From positions 9,701 to 73,700 of the forward strand of contig DAOPYQ010000008.1 in the NCBI GenBank assembly GCA_035352955.1: DNA of 64,000 nt, written 5' to 3'. This stretch comes from Candidatus Omnitrophota bacterium (lineage in GTDB: Bacteria; Omnitrophota; Omnitrophia; Omnitrophales; Aquincolibacteriaceae). A model generated the notes under the pieces. That model had not been told where the DNA came from. It saw only the letters and a list, made by a program, of their open reading frames with translations, and did no database searches. Positions 19,818-28,204 of the stretch are shown piece after piece (within the stretch, counting starts at the first letter, position 1; each line of letters opens with the position of its first letter). The translations under genes and the position numbers were made by a program.

Positions 19818-20455
19818 GAGCGTTCTGGAATATACCTGGAAAAACTTCCGACCCACCGGGGATAAAGAGCATGCGGTATGTCCATCTGGTCCAAGACCTT
19901 CCCCACCACAAAGTCCACGAGGTCCGACACCTTTTGCTGGGAACCGTAAAAAGCCGGCATCGGAGGAACGATCTTCACGCCTAATCTTGCAAGCTTGAGC
20001 ATGTTCTCAAGATGAATAGCGGAAAGCGGCGTTTCACGTGGTACAAGAACAAACTTGCGGCCTTCTTTGATCGTGCAATCTGCGGCGCGGTGGATCAGAT
20101 TCTGGGAAAGGCCCGACGCAACCGCCCCGAGCGTTCCCATGCTGCACGGAATGATAATCATGCCTTCCGTCGGGTACGACCCACTCGCGATCGGTGCGGT
20201 GAAATCGTGAAAGTCGTGGATCGTGATAGGAACGGGTTCTTTTTTTTTATTATAAAAAAGAGCCCTGTCCTTTTTTTTTATCAAGGGGGACAGTGCCTCA
20301 AAATCGGAATGGCTCCCTTCCTCACGCATAACGATCCGCGCGGTATCGGAGATAACGAGCTCCACCGGAATCTTCTGCTCCGCCAGAATCTCGAGCAGAC
20401 GGATCCCGTAGATGGCCCCGCTCGCACCCGTCATCGCAACAACATAGGGTTTCAT
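19814..20455 (-). CDS. ubiX: Flavin prenyltransferase UbiX family (MqnM-like partner of the UbiD-type decarboxylase)
   Basis: MTGASGAIYGIRLLE...IIIPCSMGTLGAVASG...VLVPRETPLSAIHLENMLKL match the UbiX/Pad1 flavoprotein. It carries a ~17 aa K-rich insertion encoded by two T9 homopolymers (approx 20230..20239 and 20271..20279). Confidence 0.85.
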   Translation of the reverse strand: MKPYVVAMTGASGAIYGIRLLEILAEQKIPVELVISDTARIVMREEGSHSDFEALSPLIKKKDRALFYNKKKEPVPITIHDFHDFTAPIASGSYPTEGMIIIPCSMGTLGAVASGLSQNLIHRAADCTIKEGRKFVLVPRETPLSAIHLENMLKLARLGVKIVPPMPAFYGSQQKVSDLVDFVVGKVLDQMDIPHALYPRWVGSFSRYIPERS

Positions 20456-20520
20456 GAGGTAGTCCTGTTATAAGATTGCATCACGCTTTTTGCAGTTCTG
20501 ACGAGCAATAGCACCTTCAG

Positions 20521-20549
20521 AAAAAATTCGAGGAGCCCGGCAATGCCGG
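20521..20549 (-). terminator. Weak intrinsic-terminator candidate after the PAS histidine kinase
   Basis: Minus-strand RNA: CCGGCauuGCCGG stem (comp ~20537..20549). An UUUUUU run (comp 20521..20526) starts ~10 nt after the stem, so it is non-canonical. Confidence 0.25.
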
Positions 20550-20565
20550 AAGTACGAAGAGAGCC

Positions 20566-22023
20566 TCATCCCTGCGAGGCGTCGGCAGATGCGGTTTTCA
20601 GCGGCAGCTCAAAAGCAAAATAGCTGCCTTTCCCTTCTTCGCTTTCGACCCAAATCCTCCCGCCGTGCAATTCCACGATCTCCCGAGAGATGGTCAAACC
20701 AAGCCCGGTACCGCTGACTCCTTGCATGGCTTGGGATTCGATACGTGAAAACTTTTCAAAAAGCTTCGCGAAATCTTTTTCGGCGATCCCCGGCCCGGTG
20801 TCACGGATCCCGAGCTCGATCTTCTGCGCATCAGCCTTACGCTTTCCCACGACGGTGACCGTCCCACCGTTGGGAGTAAACTTCAGCGCGTTGCCGATCA
20901 GATTGGTCAGAACCTGACTAATCCGATCCTGGTCAGCCTCGATCTCCAACGGTTTTTCAAGCTCTGTATGGATCGTAATACCTTTGGTTTTGCTCCACGC
21001 CGCAAACTCGTTCACCAGAGTTTGAACAAGGTCTTCGGCGTGGAATAGCGTGGGCCTCATGGTGAATTTTTTCGATTCGAGCTTGGAAAGGTCCAAAAGA
21101 TCGTTGATCAGTCGCGAAAGCCGCTCGATATTTCGCAACGCAGTCGCGACGTTCTTTCCCTGGCCCGGTGTGAGAAAATTACCGGCACTGGTGTCCGCCA
21201 GAAGTTGGAGGGACCCCTGAATACAGGTCAGCGGCGTCCGAAGATCGTGAGAAACATTGGCCAAGAATTCATTTTTAAGAGTCTCGATCTCTCGTTGTTT
21301 TGTGACGTCGGAGATCACGGAAACGAAACCCACGGTCTTGCCGTCCTCGCTCTCGATGACGGCGTTGCTGGCAAGGAGCACTTTTTTAACCTGATCATTC
21401 TGGCTCTGGATCACGATCTCTTTGCTTTTTGCCCCGTCCGCCGGCTGCTGCACCAAACTGACCAGCTGCTCTTCCTTCAGATCGCTTAAGATCGATTGGC
21501 CAATCTTTTCTTCCTTTTTGACCCCAAGCAGCTTTTCGGCGGCCGGGTTCATCAGCATGATCTCACCCTTTTTGTTTACCATGATCACGCCTTCAGCCAT
21601 GGAATGGACAACTTCTTCGGTCTGTTTCTTTTCCTCCCCAAGTTCCTTAAACGAGGTATCAAGCTTTTCGAATTTCTCCGTCACGATCTTGACCTTATTG
21701 ACCGCGATATCAAGTGTCTTGTTCTTCTCTTCGATAACGCGCTCGAAGCGTTCCCGTAGCTCGGTGGTCTTTTCCATCGTCTTCTTCTCAACTTCTTTGG
21801 TGACGATCGCGGAGAGCTTTTGCGTCAAAACGCTGGCCTGTTGGGTGTCCCCTTCGATATGCTCTTCAACCTCTTTTGCAAGTTTGTCCGCGAACGTCGC
21901 TTGGGGGACAGCCTCGGGCGAAACCTCGATCTCCCGCTTGCGCCGAAGCACTCCAAAAGCCTGAAAAATGAGGAATATGATCGATAGGACCAAAACGATC
22001 AAAAATATTTGCAGTGCGTCCAT
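20566..22023 (-). CDS. Sensor histidine kinase (TM - coiled coil - PAS - HisKA - HATPase)
   Basis: N-terminal TM helix. Long coiled coil. PAS-like segment. H-box SHDLRTPLTCIQG. N/G1/G2 boxes (NLIGNALKF, DTGPGI, GTGLGL). No response regulator is adjacent. Confidence 0.85.
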   Translation of the reverse strand: MDALQIFLIVLVLSIIFLIFQAFGVLRRKREIEVSPEAVPQATFADKLAKEVEEHIEGDTQQASVLTQKLSAIVTKEVEKKTMEKTTELRERFERVIEEKNKTLDIAVNKVKIVTEKFEKLDTSFKELGEEKKQTEEVVHSMAEGVIMVNKKGEIMLMNPAAEKLLGVKKEEKIGQSILSDLKEEQLVSLVQQPADGAKSKEIVIQSQNDQVKKVLLASNAVIESEDGKTVGFVSVISDVTKQREIETLKNEFLANVSHDLRTPLTCIQGSLQLLADTSAGNFLTPGQGKNVATALRNIERLSRLINDLLDLSKLESKKFTMRPTLFHAEDLVQTLVNEFAAWSKTKGITIHTELEKPLEIEADQDRISQVLTNLIGNALKFTPNGGTVTVVGKRKADAQKIELGIRDTGPGIAEKDFAKLFEKFSRIESQAMQGVSGTGLGLTISREIVELHGGRIWVESEEGKGSYFAFELPLKTASADASQG

Positions 22024-22087
22024 TAAAATGCGTCTCTCTTGGTTGCCGGCAATGCACGCTGGCCGTAAAACGTGTTAAAGATGGGAA

Positions 22088-22095
22088 ATTCTACA
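22088..22095 (-). promoter_or_regulatory. Possible extended -10 promoter (TGTAGAAT) for the histidine kinase
   Basis: The minus strand reads ggTGtAGAATttc ~95 nt upstream of the kinase ATG. The -35 is weak. Hand-identified only. Confidence 0.25.
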
Positions 22096-22174
22096 CCTTC
22101 CAATGCCTTTTCGACGAACCTTTTTACAACTTCGTCTATTCCGCCCACGCTCCTCCGGTAGGGACGCGGGATCC

Positions 22175-23029
22175 CTATAAAGTCACATCAAGTACCGCCG
22201 CGAAGAAAATCGCAAGGCTAACAACCACATTCATCAAAAAAAAGGCTTCGTTGACCCTGGCGACGCCAAAGTTACGAACCAAGAAATGCTCACGGAACAG
22301 AAATCCCGCAACCACCGCCAACCCGATCCAGTAAAAGAAGCCCATTCCCGCAATCGTCCCGGCGAGGCCCCAACAAAGAAAACTTATGGCGTGAAGCAAA
22401 CGCGTCAGTTTCAAAGTGCTCGCGATGCCAAACCGAGCAGGAAATGAAAAAAGCCCCTGCTGAATGTCAAAATCGATGTCCTGAAGCGCATAAATCATGT
22501 CGAATCCGGCAACCCAGCAGGTCACACCGGCCGTCAAAAAAAGCGGCGCCCATGCACATTGCTGCGTGGCAGCGATCCATGCGCCGGACGGCGCAATCCC
22601 GAGGATCAGTCCGAGGATAAAATGGGAGAGCCACGTAAACCGTTTCGCGAAAGGATAAAGCCAAGCCAGTATCAACGGAACGGGCGAAAGCCAGAGGCAG
22701 ATGTTCCCAAGCCGGGCGGCGCTCGTTTCGAAGATCATGAACGACACAAGAATAAGCACCCAGACAAGCGGTGCCATGATCCGGTTCCCCGGAAGCGCCC
22801 GATCCCGAGTCCGGGGATTCAGGGCGTCGATCGAGCAATCGAACAGACGGTTCAGCCCCATCGCCATCGTCCGGAAGCTCACCATCGCGACCGTCACCCA
22901 AACGAACACATCAAGATCCGGCCAGCGCCGGCCGGCCATGAAAAGCCCGAGATAAGCGAAAGGAAGCGCAAATAAAGAATGTTCGAGTTTGATGTCTTTA
23001 AAAAAAATCCCGAGTTTTTTTAAAATCAA
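22175..23029 (-). CDS. UbiA-family aromatic polyprenyltransferase (MenA/MqnP-like)
   Basis: NRLFDCSIDALNPRTRDRALP Asp-rich motif and a second D-rich motif region. ~8 TM helices, 284 aa. Start is TTG at 23029 (no in-frame ATG upstream; stop three codons later). Confidence 0.8.
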   Translation of the reverse strand: MILKKLGIFFKDIKLEHSLFALPFAYLGLFMAGRRWPDLDVFVWVTVAMVSFRTMAMGLNRLFDCSIDALNPRTRDRALPGNRIMAPLVWVLILVSFMIFETSAARLGNICLWLSPVPLILAWLYPFAKRFTWLSHFILGLILGIAPSGAWIAATQQCAWAPLFLTAGVTCWVAGFDMIYALQDIDFDIQQGLFSFPARFGIASTLKLTRLLHAISFLCWGLAGTIAGMGFFYWIGLAVVAGFLFREHFLVRNFGVARVNEAFFLMNVVVSLAIFFAAVLDVTL

Positions 23030-23164
23030 TCGATCGCCTTTTGTTAATTTTGAAACTCGAAACAGCTATCGAATAACGCAAAATCCGCATCGAGGGTTAC
23101 TGGAAAATTTGAATTTAAGATTTATTTCGGGCTTCGCTTCTCGGAGTTTGAGGTTTGAATTTTG

Positions 23165-24631
23165 TTAAAGATATTTCGGATCGAGCCCGTATTCCTTCCA
23201 CCGCGTCTCGACCCGGCGTTTGATCTCATCGGTCATGATAATATCCTCCGGCCAGGGGCGTTCCATCCCTTCATCTCCGCCCTTCCGGGTTGCGTCGATC
23301 CCGATCTTGGAACCGGAAAAATCCCGCGCGGCACCATGATCCAGTTCATCCAGCGGCCCTTCCCCGAACACGATATCGCGCTTCGGGTCCATATTATTCA
23401 GCACGCGCCAAGACACTTCGCGAAGGTCCTGGATGTTCGTATCACCGTCAAGCACCACGATCATCTTGGAAAACATCATCTGCCCGAGGCCCCAGATCCC
23501 GTGAATGATTTTCTTCCCCTGCCCGGGATAGCTCTTTTTGATCGAAACGATCAAGCAGTTATGGAACGCGCCTTCCCACGGCAGGCAGATGTCCAAGATC
23601 TCCGGAAACTGTTTTTGGATCATGGGCAGAAAGATCCGCTCGATCGCCTTGCCTATGTAACAATCCTCCATCGGCGCGCGGCCGACAATGGTCGAAATAT
23701 AAATCGGATTTGTGCGATGCGTCATGCAGGTGACATGAAACACGGGAAAATCTTTGGCCCGCGAATAAAACCCCGTGTGATCGCCGAACGGCCCCTCGAG
23801 ACGCAATTCACCTTCTTCGACATAGCCCTCAAGCACGATCTCGGCGTCGGCCGGCACTTCAAGGTCCACGGTCTTGCACTTCACGAGTTCGACCGGTTTC
23901 TTTCGCAGAAATCCGGCAAGCATTAACTCATCTATCCCGGCCGGCAACGGGCATGCGGCCGAAAACAGGGTCGCCGGATCGGCGCCGATCACACACGCCA
24001 CCGGAAGCCGCCCTTTACTTCCCTTCCCGAGTTTTCGGAAATGTTCAGCGCCATCCTTATGGATCTGCCAGTGCATCCCGGTCGTCTGGTCATCATAAAC
24101 GTGCATCCGGTAAAGCCCGACGTTCCGCTTCCCGTTCTGGGGATCTTGGGTAATGACCAGCGGGAACGTAATAAATTTACCCCCATCTTTCGGCCAACAC
24201 TGGACCACCGGCAGCCCGTCCAAGATCGGCTTCTCGCCGGGCAGAACGACTTTTTCCTGGCACGGCGCGTGCTTCACCCTTTTCGGAAGCACCGCGTTCA
24301 GTTCCGTCAGTTTCGGGATCATCGCGATCTTCTCGAAAATCCCTTGGGGAGGTTTCATGTCAAGAAAGGAACGGATACGTCCGGCGATTTTAGAAACGTC
24401 TTCCACCCCTAAAGCGAGGGACATCCGCTTCGAAGAACCGAACAGATTGATCGCAAGCGGGACGGAGGAACCTTTCACATTTGTAAAAAGAAGCGCCGGC
24501 CCCTCCTTTTTCACGATTCGATCGTAGATCTCCGTGATTTCAAGCACAGGATCGACCGAAGCAGAAATTTCCACAAGCTCTCCGGCATCCCGGAGCGTCT
24601 TAATAAATTGACCGAGATCCTTAAAACCCAT
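23165..24631 (-). CDS. ubiD: UbiD-family (prFMN-dependent) decarboxylase (MqnL-like)
   Basis: MGFKDLGQFIKTLRDAGELVEI...GPALLFTNVKGS...GLYRMHVYDDQTTGMHWQIHKDGAEH fit UbiD. The ATG at 24631 is the conserved N-terminus. The track start at 24748 would overlap the upstream gene by 128 nt. Confidence 0.85.
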   Translation of the reverse strand: MGFKDLGQFIKTLRDAGELVEISASVDPVLEITEIYDRIVKKEGPALLFTNVKGSSVPLAINLFGSSKRMSLALGVEDVSKIAGRIRSFLDMKPPQGIFEKIAMIPKLTELNAVLPKRVKHAPCQEKVVLPGEKPILDGLPVVQCWPKDGGKFITFPLVITQDPQNGKRNVGLYRMHVYDDQTTGMHWQIHKDGAEHFRKLGKGSKGRLPVACVIGADPATLFSAACPLPAGIDELMLAGFLRKKPVELVKCKTVDLEVPADAEIVLEGYVEEGELRLEGPFGDHTGFYSRAKDFPVFHVTCMTHRTNPIYISTIVGRAPMEDCYIGKAIERIFLPMIQKQFPEILDICLPWEGAFHNCLIVSIKKSYPGQGKKIIHGIWGLGQMMFSKMIVVLDGDTNIQDLREVSWRVLNNMDPKRDIVFGEGPLDELDHGAARDFSGSKIGIDATRKGGDEGMERPWPEDIIMTDEIKRRVETRWKEYGLDPKYL

Positions 24632-25298
24632 CCGCAGTCTCCTTTTTCCGGAAAAAATTGCAGCAAGCCCCGAAAGGCACCCGAACAATACTGGCAAGTC
24701 CCTGGAAAGCGATCGCTTGATTGAGCTTCTTGATGTGGACGTACTCATTCTGCTGAAAATGCCCCGACCCTCGAAGGAATTCGGAGGTCCTTTCCTCGAC
24801 CTCTAGCTCAAACGGAAGATCGAAGACCGCAAGCACCATCACCACGGTGAAACATCCGAGACCCATATTGATAAAAAAGTTCAAAGGTCGAAAAAAAACA
24901 CCGAGCAGGAACAGGGCCCATCCGGAAAATACCGCGATCCGAACCACCAACGCCATCCGGTTCTTCAGTCGGACCCAAAAGGTCATGTTGGAGAACTGGC
25001 TTTTGAGAAAAGCCAGCCGCGCGGCTTGGATGAGCGCGAGAAAATCCCGGCCCTCATAGATCTTCGGATCAAGAAAGAAGCCTTCCATCGAAGGATATTC
25101 CCCGGAGGGTTCAAGGGGGGTGACGCTCACGTGAAGGAAACCGCGCTGATCCAAAACATAGCGGGCCACTTCGCAGCCGGTGACCGCGGTCCGGTGGGAC
25201 GGCAAGGTGTATTTCAAAAAAACCCATCGCAAATAGAGGGCGAAGCAAAGGGAAACCACGGCCGTCCCGATGAAAAAAAAACACTGGATAAGATTCAT
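24621..25298 (-). CDS. Polytopic membrane protein, YugP-like (zinc-metallopeptidase-family topology). I see no HExxH in this ORF.
   Basis: MNLIQCFFFIGTAVVSL...SHRTAVTGCEVARYVLDQRGFLHVSV resembles, from memory, the YugP N-terminal region. No HExxH anywhere in the ORF: the expected position reads AARLAF. Two C-terminal TM helices. ATG at 25298. Confidence 0.35.
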   Translation of the reverse strand: MNLIQCFFFIGTAVVSLCFALYLRWVFLKYTLPSHRTAVTGCEVARYVLDQRGFLHVSVTPLEPSGEYPSMEGFFLDPKIYEGRDFLALIQAARLAFLKSQFSNMTFWVRLKNRMALVVRIAVFSGWALFLLGVFFRPLNFFINMGLGCFTVVMVLAVFDLPFELEVEERTSEFLRGSGHFQQNEYVHIKKLNQAIAFQGLASIVRVPFGACCNFFRKKETADGF

Positions 25299-25422
25299 GG
25301 CGTGCAATTATAGGCCAACTGGAGCCACGACTCTATTGATTTTAAAACCTTTTCTGGCCTTCCGCGTTAGCGAGAGCCCTGGAATCAATGAAAAAAACCG
25401 AGGGGCTGGGGGTTTGGGCGGT

Positions 25423-26346
25423 TTACGGCTGCGCTTCAAGGAACCTTAAAAGGTTCTGCATATCTTCTGGCATTTCGCTTGTCAACCGGATCCATTTTTT
25501 CGTACGAGGCTGCTCAAATCCAAGAGCCGAAGCATGCAACGCCTGACGGCGGATCGGAGGAAACGGGGTCCCGTAGAATGAATCCCCCAGCACGGCATGC
25601 CCCATGTGCGCAAAATGAACTCGGATCTGATGCGTGCGGCCGGTCTTGGGGCGGATCTCGACGAGGGTCGCGTTCGGAAACCGCTTTAGGACCTTGAAAC
25701 AAGTGGTCGCCTCCTTGCCTCCGGAAGGACGGACAACAACCTTTTTCCGGTTCAAAAATGCGCGCCCGACGGGTTCTTCGCAAACTCCCTCGTCATGCTG
25801 CACGACCCCCCGGACGATTGCGTGATAGACGCGGTCGATCGAGTGGTCTTTGAATTGTTTTGCAAGTTTGGCGTGCGTGTAATCGTTTTTCGCGACCACC
25901 AAGAGCCCGGAAGTGTCTTTATCCAACCGGTGGACGATCCCCGGCCGGATCTTGTCCTCGGAATTTCCGAGGTTCTGCACATGAAAAAGAAGCGCGTTGA
26001 CGAGCGTGTGATGGGGATTCCCCGGCGCGGGGTGGACCACCATCCCGGCGGGCTTGTTCACGACAAGACAGTCGTCGTCCTCATAAACGATATCCAAGGC
26101 GATCGGTTCAGCGGGAAGTTCTTCATGCGGGGTATCGAGTTTTTCGACATGGATTTTTTCCCCAGGCTTGACGGCATAATGCGGCGTCACGACCTTACCA
26201 TCCACCAACACACCGCCGTTCTTGATAAGCTTCTGGAGCTGCGCCCGGGAATGTTGGTCCGACATCTTCTGGGCAAGAAAAACATCCAACCGCTGCTCAG
26301 CCTCGTCAGCTTCGACAATGAATTCGGAAAAACGATTCTTCGGCAT
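25423..26346 (-). CDS. rluD: 23S rRNA pseudouridine synthase, RluD/RluA family
   Basis: S4-like N-terminus. Catalytic motif HRLDKDTSGLLVVAKN. GRTHQIRVHFAHMGHAVLGD. 307 aa. Confidence 0.9.
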   Translation of the reverse strand: MPKNRFSEFIVEADEAEQRLDVFLAQKMSDQHSRAQLQKLIKNGGVLVDGKVVTPHYAVKPGEKIHVEKLDTPHEELPAEPIALDIVYEDDDCLVVNKPAGMVVHPAPGNPHHTLVNALLFHVQNLGNSEDKIRPGIVHRLDKDTSGLLVVAKNDYTHAKLAKQFKDHSIDRVYHAIVRGVVQHDEGVCEEPVGRAFLNRKKVVVRPSGGKEATTCFKVLKRFPNATLVEIRPKTGRTHQIRVHFAHMGHAVLGDSFYGTPFPPIRRQALHASALGFEQPRTKKWIRLTSEMPEDMQNLLRFLEAQP

Positions 26347-26350
26347 GACG

Positions 26351-27103
26351 TCAGCGGCCCTTTTTCCGGCGGGTCTGATGCTGCCGGAACATAAAAAAAC
26401 CGAACGCCGCCGTCACGGCCAGGATACTCGTCCATTGACCGGAGCTCAGCCCCAACCAAACCAGATTGGGTTCACGGAAAAACTCGATCATATAGCGCCC
26501 GAAACCGTAGAAGGCGAAATAGAGAAGAGCAATCTGACCTTCGAAACGGGCGCTCTTCCGTTTCGAAAGAAGGAACACAAAAAGGAACAGGTCAAATGCG
26601 GCCTCATACAGCTGCGCAGGATGGACGGCATAGGCCATGTCAGGAAACCTGACAGCCCACGGGAATCCGCATTCCTTCCCAAAACAACAACCATTCAGAA
26701 AACAACCGATCCGTCCGAAGGCCTGACTGAGCGCCGTATAGGGTACGATAAAATCCAGCATCTTCCAGAAAGGGATCTTCTTTTTGCGGGCCGTAAGATA
26801 AAACCCGAGAAGCCCCGCAAGCAAACCACCGTAAACGATCAACCCACCTTCCCATACGGCAACTATCTTGAGCGGATACGCGAGGTAATACGAAAAGTTC
26901 TGCCCGATATAGGAGAACCGCGCACCCGCAAATCCCCAGACCAACGTCCAAAAGGAAATATCCAGTACATCGTCCGGAGCCGGAAATCCTTCCCGAACGG
27001 CGCGCCGCGTCATCAAAAAGACCGAAAGAAGCACGCCCAACGCGATACAAACGCCGTAGGAGTAAAGGTGCAGCGGACCAATGGACAAAAGGACCGGGAT
27101 CAT
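26351..27103 (-). CDS. lgt: Prolipoprotein diacylglyceryl transferase Lgt
   Basis: Lgt signature LYGGLLAG...GRIGCFLNGCCFG. Polytopic. ATG at 27103 overlaps the lspA stop (ATGA). Confidence 0.9.
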   Translation of the reverse strand: MIPVLLSIGPLHLYSYGVCIALGVLLSVFLMTRRAVREGFPAPDDVLDISFWTLVWGFAGARFSYIGQNFSYYLAYPLKIVAVWEGGLIVYGGLLAGLLGFYLTARKKKIPFWKMLDFIVPYTALSQAFGRIGCFLNGCCFGKECGFPWAVRFPDMAYAVHPAQLYEAAFDLFLFVFLLSKRKSARFEGQIALLYFAFYGFGRYMIEFFREPNLVWLGLSSGQWTSILAVTAAFGFFMFRQHQTRRKKGR

Positions 27104-27558
27104 GATTTTTTCGCGGAAGACTTCTGCGGCAAGAAAAGGCTCAGAAGATAGAGGCAAACCCCGATCGTGATCGCGGAGTCCGCGAGATTGAAAACGGGCC
27201 AGATATGAAAATCAATAAAATCAATCACGGCGGCAAAACGCAACCGATCGATCCAGTTCCCGATCGCGCCGCCGAGGATCAGCCCCAAGGCCCAGCGATC
27301 GCGTTCCGACACATGCTGTTCGGGACGGTTGGCCAAAAAGAAAAGGGCCACAAGACTGATCGTGATCACTGTAAAAAGCACCGGCGCGGCATCGCTAAAA
27401 AGACCGAATGCCACCCCCCGGTTATGGACGAGCGTCAGGGAAAGGACCTTGGGAATCACCGGAACGGAAGTCTCGGGAGAGAGAAGCTTGAGAGCGAGGA
27501 ATTTCAGAAACTGATCGGTGAGAACGATCGCCCCCACAAGGCCGTAGAAGAAGATCAC
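27100..27558 (-). CDS. lspA: Lipoprotein signal peptidase II LspA
   Basis: VHNRGVAFGLF...GGAIGNWIDRL...FNLADSAI are the LspA catalytic-Asp motifs. GTG start forms a GTGA overlap with the upstream stop. Confidence 0.9.
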   Translation of the reverse strand: MIFFYGLVGAIVLTDQFLKFLALKLLSPETSVPVIPKVLSLTLVHNRGVAFGLFSDAAPVLFTVITISLVALFFLANRPEQHVSERDRWALGLILGGAIGNWIDRLRFAAVIDFIDFHIWPVFNLADSAITIGVCLYLLSLFLPQKSSAKKS

Positions 27559-28037
27559 AGACGGCGTTTGTTCTTTTCCTCTTCTTCCTGGGCCTTCTTA
27601 GAAAGACGGGTATAGGGCATGACCATCAGACGCTTCTTGGGGATCGCCTCTCCGGTCAGCTCGCAGATCCCGTAAGTCCCTTCGTCAATGCGCTTCAGAG
27701 CGACATCGACATCGTTAAGGATCTGCTGCTCGTTGGAGGCCAGCCCGATATTGAGCTCGCGGTCATAATTGTCGGTCGCTTTGTCTCCCACATCGGAAAG
27801 CTCATCCGGGCTTTCGCAACGGTCCCCGTTCAGGGAGTTTCCTTCGATCTGGGAAAGATCACCCACGATCTTCTTGCGAAGATCCATGAGAAGCCGCTTG
27901 AAGAGATCGAGATCTTTTCGGGAAAGCCTCTTGGCTTTGCTGGCCTTGGAAACTTTCGCGACCTTAAGAGTTTTGGAGGTTTTCGCCTTTGCGGGTTTGC
28001 TAGCTTTCTTTTTTGAAGCTTTTTTCGCCTTCGGCAT
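27555..28037 (-). CDS. DksA/TraR-family regulator, Cys-poor variant, with N-terminal Lys/Ala-rich histone-H1-like tail
   Basis: C-terminal coiled-coil plus GTYGICELTGEAIPKKRL aligns to the DksA zinc-finger region. Only one of four Cys is kept. The N-terminal 40 aa is MPKAKKASKKKASKPAKAKTSKTLKVAKVSKASKAKRLSRK. ATG at 28037. Confidence 0.65.
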   Translation of the reverse strand: MPKAKKASKKKASKPAKAKTSKTLKVAKVSKASKAKRLSRKDLDLFKRLLMDLRKKIVGDLSQIEGNSLNGDRCESPDELSDVGDKATDNYDRELNIGLASNEQQILNDVDVALKRIDEGTYGICELTGEAIPKKRLMVMPYTRLSKKAQEEEEKNKRRL

Positions 28038-28127
28038 AGGATCCAGATCCTTTTTTTTTGGAATTAAACCGCCCGACTTCCAAGCAGACCGGGGTTCGCC
28101 TTCCGTGTTCTATGATTCGAGGCGGCA

Positions 28128-28156
28128 TTATACTGATGCCTGCTTGAGGAAGCAAG
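28128..28156 (-). promoter_or_regulatory. Candidate sigma70 promoter for the dksA-like/lspA/lgt/rluD unit
   Basis: On the minus strand: TTGCTT (comp 28151..28156), a 17 nt spacer, a perfect TATAAT (comp 28128..28133). ~90 nt upstream of the ATG. Confidence 0.45.
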
Positions 28157-28204
28157 CTCTAAACAAGGAATCGAACGAGGTAAAAAAACAGAAAAACTCC
28201 CGCA

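Noticed and set aside
24632-24748. N-terminal 39 aa extension of the ubiD-like ORF (track start at 24748)
   Set aside because: It would overlap the upstream YugP-like gene by 128 nt. The conserved UbiD N-terminus MGFKDLGQFI starts at the ATG at 24631.
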